A stretch of DNA of 63,745 bases, counting the filler, from Chiloscyllium plagiosum (Eukaryota): the NCBI RefSeq assembly GCF_004010195.1. It is 4 parts of one record of this genome, joined end to end, with 100 filler letters (N's around TTAATTAATTAA, not from the genome) between each part and the next. Parts side by side here need not be neighbours in the genome. Positions count along the whole stretch, not along the records: positions 59,380 to 63,745 come from NC_057711.1; 3 more parts are not named here. The stretch is one strand, 5' to 3'. The position numbers were made by a program, and so were the translations under genes. Below are positions 63,510 to 63,745 of the stretch, piece by piece (within the stretch, counting starts at the first letter, position 1; the number at the start of each line of letters is the position of its first letter). The notes beneath the pieces are model-generated. The model saw only the letters and a program-made list of their open reading frames with translations. It ran no database searches and was not told where the DNA came from.

Positions 63510-63745
63510 TTTCTGAGAGCCAAAGAGATGTACAGCACAGAAATAGACCTCTCATTCCAACCTGTCCACGCCGACCAGATATCCCAACCAAATCTAGTAC
63601 CACCTGCCAGCACCCAGCCCATATCCCTCCAAGCCCTTCCTATTCATATACCCATCCAAATGCCTCTTAAATGTTGCAATTGTACCAGCCTCCACCACAT
63701 CCTCTGGCAGCTCATTCCATACACATACCACCCTCTGCGTGAAAA
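63510..63745 (-). mobile_element. CR1 3' end (continues beyond the window)
   Basis: Matches 35160-35395. Confidence 0.9.

Overview
Eukaryotic, repeat-saturated vertebrate DNA. It is almost certainly a shark/ray (elasmobranch), inferred from HE1-type V-SINEs and shark-style CR1 LINEs. I recognise no host protein-coding gene, and the ORF track is mostly decayed retroelement fragments and low-complexity DNA. The window is a nested pile of CR1 LINEs (three carry 5' UTR plus zinc-finger/leucine-zipper/SGNH-esterase ORF1), a second CR1/L2-group LINE family, RTE, Rex1/Babar and L2 fragments, tRNA-derived SINEs, a Gypsy LTR relic and several Neptune-type Penelope-like elements (PLEs; RT + GIY-YIG). 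Three 100-bp gaps with an artificial TTAATTAATTAA linker interrupt it. Two signals stand out. (1) About a dozen minimal hammerhead-ribozyme motifs sit at PLE ends. They include five short, often fold-back insertions that share one 3' end (CTCACTTTCTCC or a close variant) and are each flanked by a 14-bp target-site duplication, a tandem double-hammerhead, and a U3-A8 compensatory core variant. (2) A composite non-autonomous retroposon of at least 1.4 kb has a GC-rich 31-32-bp VNTR and a Rex1/Babar-type 3' tail, an SVA-like architecture. Boundaries of old repeats are approximate (about +/-20-50 bp). TSD and ribozyme coordinates were counted base by base.
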